DNA of 63,517 nucleotides from a virus (Duplodnaviria; Caudoviricetes): IMG/VR virus record IMGVR_UViG_3300025476_000001, positions 1 to 63,517 of that record; one strand, 5' to 3'. Shown piece by piece: positions 58,786 to 63,517 of this stretch (position 1 is its first letter; each line of letters starts with the position of its first letter). The notes under the pieces were generated by a model. It saw only the letters and a program-made list of their open reading frames with translations, ran no database searches and was not told where the DNA came from. The position numbers and the translations under genes were made by a program.

Positions 58786-61700
58786 TGGCATTATCTGTAG
58801 AATATTTAGCACAAGCAGCATTTAAGAAACTATTTGGGTTAGCTCATACAGAAGTTAAAACCTTTCCGTTGGGTAATGAAGGCAATCCTTCTCAGTTAAC
58901 TATTATGGCTAGTGATGTCTATGTCGATATCATTCCAGCAACTGCCCAAGTAGTAACTGGGGTAACTTTAGCTTGTAATAATCCAACTGACGGTCAAGTT
59001 GATAGTTATTTAACTGTTGCCCAAGATTTAATAATTGCTCCTGATGGTACCGGAGAAGGTCATCCTTATGTAGTAACTGTACCAGCCGGGCACGGTTTAA
59101 TTGGAAAAACTAATCCGCTGACTGGAGTAGCTTATGCTCAAGGTAGTATCGTTATGTCAATTATTCCAAAGAAATTTGGAACTACCTGGAGACCTATTTT
59201 ATATGATACAACTAAAACAGAGATTGCTCCTTTATCATCTCAAGATTGGATTATAGATGAGAGAGGATTTGTAGTTATTGACACTAACTCCCCGGCACCA
59301 GGCTATCTTTCATGTTATGTATATATAGGAAGAACTTTAGCCACATATGTAGGTTACTCTGGTTACTCTGGTTACTCTGGTTATAGCGGTTTAGGAGTTA
59401 GCGGGGGTTCTGGTTACTCAGGAATTTCTGGTTACAGCGGTTTAGGTATTAGCGGTTACTCAGGAATTTCTGGTTATAGCGGTTTAGGTATTAGCGGTTA
59501 CTCAAGTTATTCAGGTTACTCTGGGATCTCTGGTATATCTGGTTACTCTGGAATTTCAGGTTACTCTGGAATTTCAGGTTACTCTGGTATTGGAACTTCA
59601 GGGTATAGTGGTAACGCGGCTACTCAAACACCCTGGACCCAAAATATTAATGCTAATGGTTTTAGTTTATTTGGTAACAACACTGCTAGTGGTAATCTTA
59701 CTTTAGATTCTACTTCTGATTCTACTAAAGGATACATAATTCTACAACCAACTTCTGGTAATGTTGGTATTGGAACTGTTACTCCTTTAGCTAAACTTGA
59801 TGTAGATGCTTCTACTCTAAATACTATAGGAAATGCTACTACAATAACATTCTCTCAAATAAATTATGCTCTAGGTAATTACCCTGTTGACTATAATACT
59901 CATACTATTAGAGTTTATGCATACAAATTAATCAATGGAAACAAAGTATTTTCTGTTACACCATTAGAATCATTTCTAACAGATGACGGAACAAGTGGTG
60001 TAGTTTGTCAGTTATATTGGAGTTGGTCCGCGGTTACTGGTGCCGATGGTTATAGATTACTAAAGTCTAATGAAGATTTGAATTGGAATTTCGACCACTA
60101 TCAGGATACTCCAAATGCATATGTTTATGACTCAGATCCTTCAGATTGGACTTTAGGGAGTGTAGTTACACCTACAGTAATACCTACTTATACTGATTCG
60201 ATTTATTCAAAAGGAAATATTAAGATAGGGTATGAAGCTAATATTAAACCAGATGTTGATGCTACAGATGCTTTAAATATTGCTCAAGCTGATGGTACTA
60301 AGTTTGTTACATTTGATACAACAAATAAGAGAGTAGGTATCGGAATAATACCTGGTAGTACTCTAGATGTTAAAGGAACATTAAGATTATCTGGAAGTTC
60401 TGGTTTTGTTGGATTAACTCCAGCGGCTACTGGATCAACTACTTATACTTTACCATCAGCTGATGGTACTTCAGGGTATGTGTTATCTACCAATGGTTCA
60501 GGTACTCTTTCCTGGACTACTGGTAGTAGTGGATATTCTGGTGTAAGTGGATATTCTGGTGTATCTGGTTACAGTGGAATTAGTGGATACTCTGGAATTT
60601 CTGGTTATTCAGGAATTAGTGGTTATTCAAGTTATTCTGGATACTCTGGTATATCTGGATACTCTAGTTATTCAGGTTACTCTGGTTACTCTGGTTACTC
60701 AGGAATTAGTGGTTACTCAGGTTATAGTGGTATTAGTGGTTACTCTGGTATTTCAGGATATTCTGGTTATAGTGGAATTAGTGGGTATTCTGGTATATCT
60801 GGATATTCAGGTTACTCCGGAATTAGTGGTTACTCTGGAATTTCTGGTTATTCAGGAATTAGTGGATATTCTGGTATATCTGGTTACTCAGGAATTTCTG
60901 GATATTCTGGTTACTCCGGGATTTCTGGATATTCTAGTTATTCAGGTTACTCAGGAATTTCAGGTTACTCTGGATACAGTGGAATTAGTGGTTATTCTGG
61001 TTACTCAGGAATAAGCGGTTACTCCGGTATATCTGGATATTCTAGTTATTCAGGTTATAGTGGAATTAGTGGATATTCTGGTTACTCTGGTATTTCAGGT
61101 TACTCAGGATATAGTGGTAAGAGTGGTTACTCAGGAATTAGTGGATACTCTGGTTATAGTGGTATTAGCGGTTACTCTGGTATTTCAGGATATTCCGGTA
61201 TATCTGGGTATTCAGGAATCTCAGGGTTTAGTGGTTACTCAGGCATATCCGGGTACTCTGGTTACTCTGGAATTTCTGGATACTCTGGTTATTCTGGAAT
61301 TAGTGGTTACTCAGGGATTAGCGGATACTCTGGATACAGTGGTATAAGTGGATATTCTGGTATATCTGGTTACAGTGGTATATCTGGATATTCTAGTTAT
61401 TCAGGTTACTCAGGAATTAGTGGATACTCTGGTTATAGTGGAATTAGTGGTTACTCCGGATACAGTGGAATTAGTGGTTATTCCGGTATATCTGGGTATT
61501 CTAGTTATTCAGGTTACTCTGGAATTTCTGGATATTCTGGTTACTCTGGTATATCTGGTTACTCAGGAATTTCTGGATACTCTGGAATAAGTGGGTATTC
61601 TAGTTATTCAGGATATTCAGGAATTTCCGGATACTCTGGTTACTCAGGAATAAGTGGATACTCTGGTTATTCAGGAATAAGTGGTTACTCCGGTATATCT

Positions 61701-63517
61701 GGATATTCTAGTTATTCAGGTTATAGTGGAATAAGTGGATACTCTGGTTATTCAGGAATAAGTGGTTACTCAGGTTACTCTGGTATATCTGGTTACTCTG
61801 GAATTTCTGGATATAGTGGAATTAGTGGTTACTCTGGTATATCTGGATACTCTGGTTACTCCGGTATTAGTGGTTACTCTGGTTATAGTGGAATAAGTGG
61901 ATACTCTGGATATAGTGGTACGAGTGGTTACTCAGGGATTAGCGGATATTCTGGTTACTCCGGAATAAGTGGTTACTCTGGTATTTCTGGTTATTCAGGT
62001 TATAGTGGAATTAGTGGATACTCTGGTTATTCCGGAATTTCTGGTTACAGTGGTATAAGTGGATACAGTGGTATATCTGGATATTCTAGTTATTCAGGTT
62101 ACTCAGGAATTAGTGGATACTCTGGTTATAGTGGAATTAGTGGTTACTCCGGATACAGTGGAATAAGTGGTTATTCCGGTATATCTGGATATTCTAGTTA
62201 TTCAGGTTACTCAGGCATATCTGGTTATTCAGGTTACAGTGGAATTAGTGGTTACTCTGGTATTTCAGGTTACTCTGGATATAGTGGAATTAGTGGATAC
62301 TCAGGAATTAGTGGTTACTCTGGAATTTCTGGATATTCTGGTTATAGTGGTATAAGTGGTTACTCAGGAATATCTGGGTATTCTAGTTATTCAGGTTACT
62401 CAGGAATTTCTGGTTACTCAGGTTACAGTGGAATTAGTGGTTATTCTGGTATCTCTGGATATTCTGGTTATAGCGGTATAAGTGGTTACTCAGGAATATC
62501 TGGGTATTCTAGTTATTCAGGTTACTCAGGAATTTCAGGTTACTCTGGTTATAGTGGAATTAGTGGTTACTCCGGTTACTCAGGAATAAGTGGTTACTCC
62601 GGTATATCTGGATATTCTAGTTATTCAGGTTATAGTGGAATAAGTGGATATTCTGGTTACTCTGGTATCTCTGGATATTCTGGTTACTCAGGTATATCTG
62701 GTTATTCAGGCTATAGTGGAATAAGTGGTTACTCTGGAATTTCTGGTTACTCTGGTTATTCCGGAATTAGTGGTTACTCAGGCATATCTGGATATTCAGG
62801 TTACTCCGGTATATCCGGTTACAGTGGTATAAGTGGCTACTCTGGATATAGTGGAATTAGTGGTTACTCTGGTTACTCAGGAATTAGTGGATACTCTGGA
62901 TATAGTGGAATTAGTGGCTACTCTGGATATTCAGGAATTAGTGGCTACTCTGGATATTCGGGTTACTCTGGAATTAGTGGTTACTCAGGTTATAGTGGAA
63001 TTAGTGGTTACTCAGGATATAGTGGTAAGAGTGGTTACTCAGGCATATCTGGTTATAGTGGAATAAGTGGATATTCAGGATACTCTGGTATTAGTGGTTA
63101 CTCAGGTTATAGTGGAATTAGTGGATACTCTGGAATAAGTGGATATTCAGGATACTCAGGAATTAGTGGATACTCTGGAATTTCTGGATATTCTGGTTAC
63201 TCCGGTATTAGTGGTTACTCTGGTTATTCCGGGATTAGTGGTTACTCTGGTATATCTGGATATTCTAGTTATTCAGGTTACTCGGGAATTTCTGGTTACT
63301 CTAGTTATTCAGGTTACTCTGGAATTTCTGGTTACTCGGGATATAGTGGTAAGAGTGGTTACTCAGGTATATCTGGTTACTCTGGTATTGTTGGAACTTC
63401 AGGGTATAGTGGTAATGCTGCTACTCAAACGCCCTGGGCTCAAAATATTAATGGTGCAGGTTATAGTTTATTTGGTAGTAGTGTAGTTAGTGGTAATCTT
63501 ACTTTAGATTCTACTTC
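58785..63517 (+). CDS. Giant fibre-like protein (>1570 aa, truncated by window end) with (SGY/SGI)n blocks; missing from the ORF track
   Basis: ATG 58785 overlaps the previous TAA (MALSVEYLAQAAFKKLFG...); same frame at 59592 and 63393; GNVGIGTVTPLAKLDV and TYTLPSADGTSGYVLSTNGSGTLSW fibre motifs. Confidence 0.85.
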   Translation, partial: MALSVEYLAQAAFKKLFGLAHTEVKTFPLGNEGNPSQLTIMASDVYVDIIPATAQVVTGVTLACNNPTDGQVDSYLTVAQDLIIAPDGTGEGHPYVVTVPAGHGLIGKTNPLTGVAYAQGSIVMSIIPKKFGTTWRPILYDTTKTEIAPLSSQDWIIDERGFVVIDTNSPAPGYLSCYVYIGRTLATYVGYSGYSGYSGYSGLGVSGGSGYSGISGYSGLGISGYSGISGYSGLGISGYSSYSGYSGISGISGYSGISGYSGISGYSGIGTSGYSGNAATQTPWTQNINANGFSLFGNNTASGNLTLDSTSDSTKGYIILQPTSGNVGIGTVTPLAKLDVDASTLNTIGNATTITFSQINYALGNYPVDYNTHTIRVYAYKLINGNKVFSVTPLESFLTDDGTSGVVCQLYWSWSAVTGADGYRLLKSNEDLNWNFDHYQDTPNAYVYDSDPSDWTLGSVVTPTVIPTYTDSIYSKGNIKIGYEANIKPDVDATDALNIAQADGTKFVTFDTTNKRVGIGIIPGSTLDVKGTLRLSGSSGFVGLTPAATGSTTYTLPSADGTSGYVLSTNGSGTLSWTTGSSGYSGVSGYSGVSGYSGISGYSGISGYSGISGYSSYSGYSGISGYSSYSGYSGYSGYSGISGYSGYSGISGYSGISGYSGYSGISGYSGISGYSGYSGISGYSGISGYSGISGYSGISGYSGISGYSGYSGISGYSSYSGYSGISGYSGYSGISGYSGYSGISGYSGISGYSSYSGYSGISGYSGYSGISGYSGYSGKSGYSGISGYSGYSGISGYSGISGYSGISGYSGISGFSGYSGISGYSGYSGISGYSGYSGISGYSGISGYSGYSGISGYSGISGYSGISGYSSYSGYSGISGYSGYSGISGYSGYSGISGYSGISGYSSYSGYSGISGYSGYSGISGYSGISGYSGISGYSSYSGYSGISGYSGYSGISGYSGYSGISGYSGISGYSSYSGYSGISGYSGYSGISGYSGYSGISGYSGISGYSGISGYSGISGYSGYSGISGYSGYSGISGYSGYSGTSGYSGISGYSGYSGISGYSGISGYSGYSGISGYSGYSGISGYSGISGYSGISGYSSYSGYSGISGYSGYSGISGYSGYSGISGYSGISGYSSYSGYSGISGYSGYSGISGYSGISGYSGYSGISGYSGISGYSGISGYSGYSGISGYSGISGYSSYSGYSGISGYSGYSGISGYSGISGYSGYSGISGYSGISGYSSYSGYSGISGYSGYSGISGYSGYSGISGYSGISGYSSYSGYSGISGYSGYSGISGYSGYSGISGYSGYSGISGYSGISGYSGYSGISGYSGISGYSGYSGISGYSGISGYSGYSGISGYSGYSGISGYSGYSGISGYSGYSGISGYSGYSGYSGISGYSGYSGISGYSGYSGKSGYSGISGYSGISGYSGYSGISGYSGYSGISGYSGISGYSGYSGISGYSGISGYSGYSGISGYSGYSGISGYSGISGYSSYSGYSGISGYSSYSGYSGISGYSGYSGKSGYSGISGYSGIVGTSGYSGNAATQTPWAQNINGAGYSLFGSSVVSGNLTLDST
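60528..63412 (+). repeat. About 2.9 kb degenerate 9-nt coding repeat (roughly 320 Ser-Gly-X tripeptides)
   Basis: TCN/AGY-GGN-TAY/ATH units read directly. Confidence 0.95.

Noticed and set aside
55081-63412. CRISPR array or non-coding satellite
   Set aside because: Repeat unit is a degenerate 9-mer varying at synonymous codon positions, with no constant repeat and unique spacer pattern
60547-63486. ORF-track ORFs rich in Val/Leu/Asp/Thr (also 55280..55495)
   Set aside because: Shadow frames of the SGY repeat; the real gene is the unbroken frame from ATG 58785, omitted from the track because it has no stop in the window
1-63517. Alternative genetic code (stop-codon reassignment)
   Set aside because: TAA, TAG and TGA all end genes at tight junctions, and conserved proteins are full length under the standard code

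Overview
Virion-morphogenesis region of a large T4-like (contractile-tailed) dsDNA phage; nearly all credible genes are on the + strand. Gene order: papain-like protease, sigma-like gene, terminase large subunit, portal (with an HNH-containing intein), a block of probable head-packaged proteins (including a 2266-aa multi-module protein), prohead protease/scaffold, major capsid protein (MCP), free-standing HNH nuclease, neck, sheath, tube, baseplate (gp26/gp48/gp53/gp27/gp5/PAAR/gp25/gp6-like), tail fibre, a glycosyltransferase/methyltransferase cluster, and two giant Ser-Gly-Tyr/Ile repeat fibre proteins (the last runs off the window). Three signals stand out. (1) An ORF-less group I intron sits in the last codons of the MCP gene, and its 5' end re-encodes the MCP C-terminus, so unspliced (..MYTH-STINYGSL*) and spliced (..MYTH-GTMNYGSL*) mRNAs both give a full-length capsid protein. 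(2) A putative capsid-cargo system: shared Glu-ending N-terminal leaders, and a polyprotein of enzyme and Zn-ribbon modules separated by prohead-protease-like Glu sites. (3) (SGY/SGI)n fibres encoded beside many glycosyltransferases, suggesting a glycosylated virion coat. All calls are from motif reading by eye; no database searches were run.
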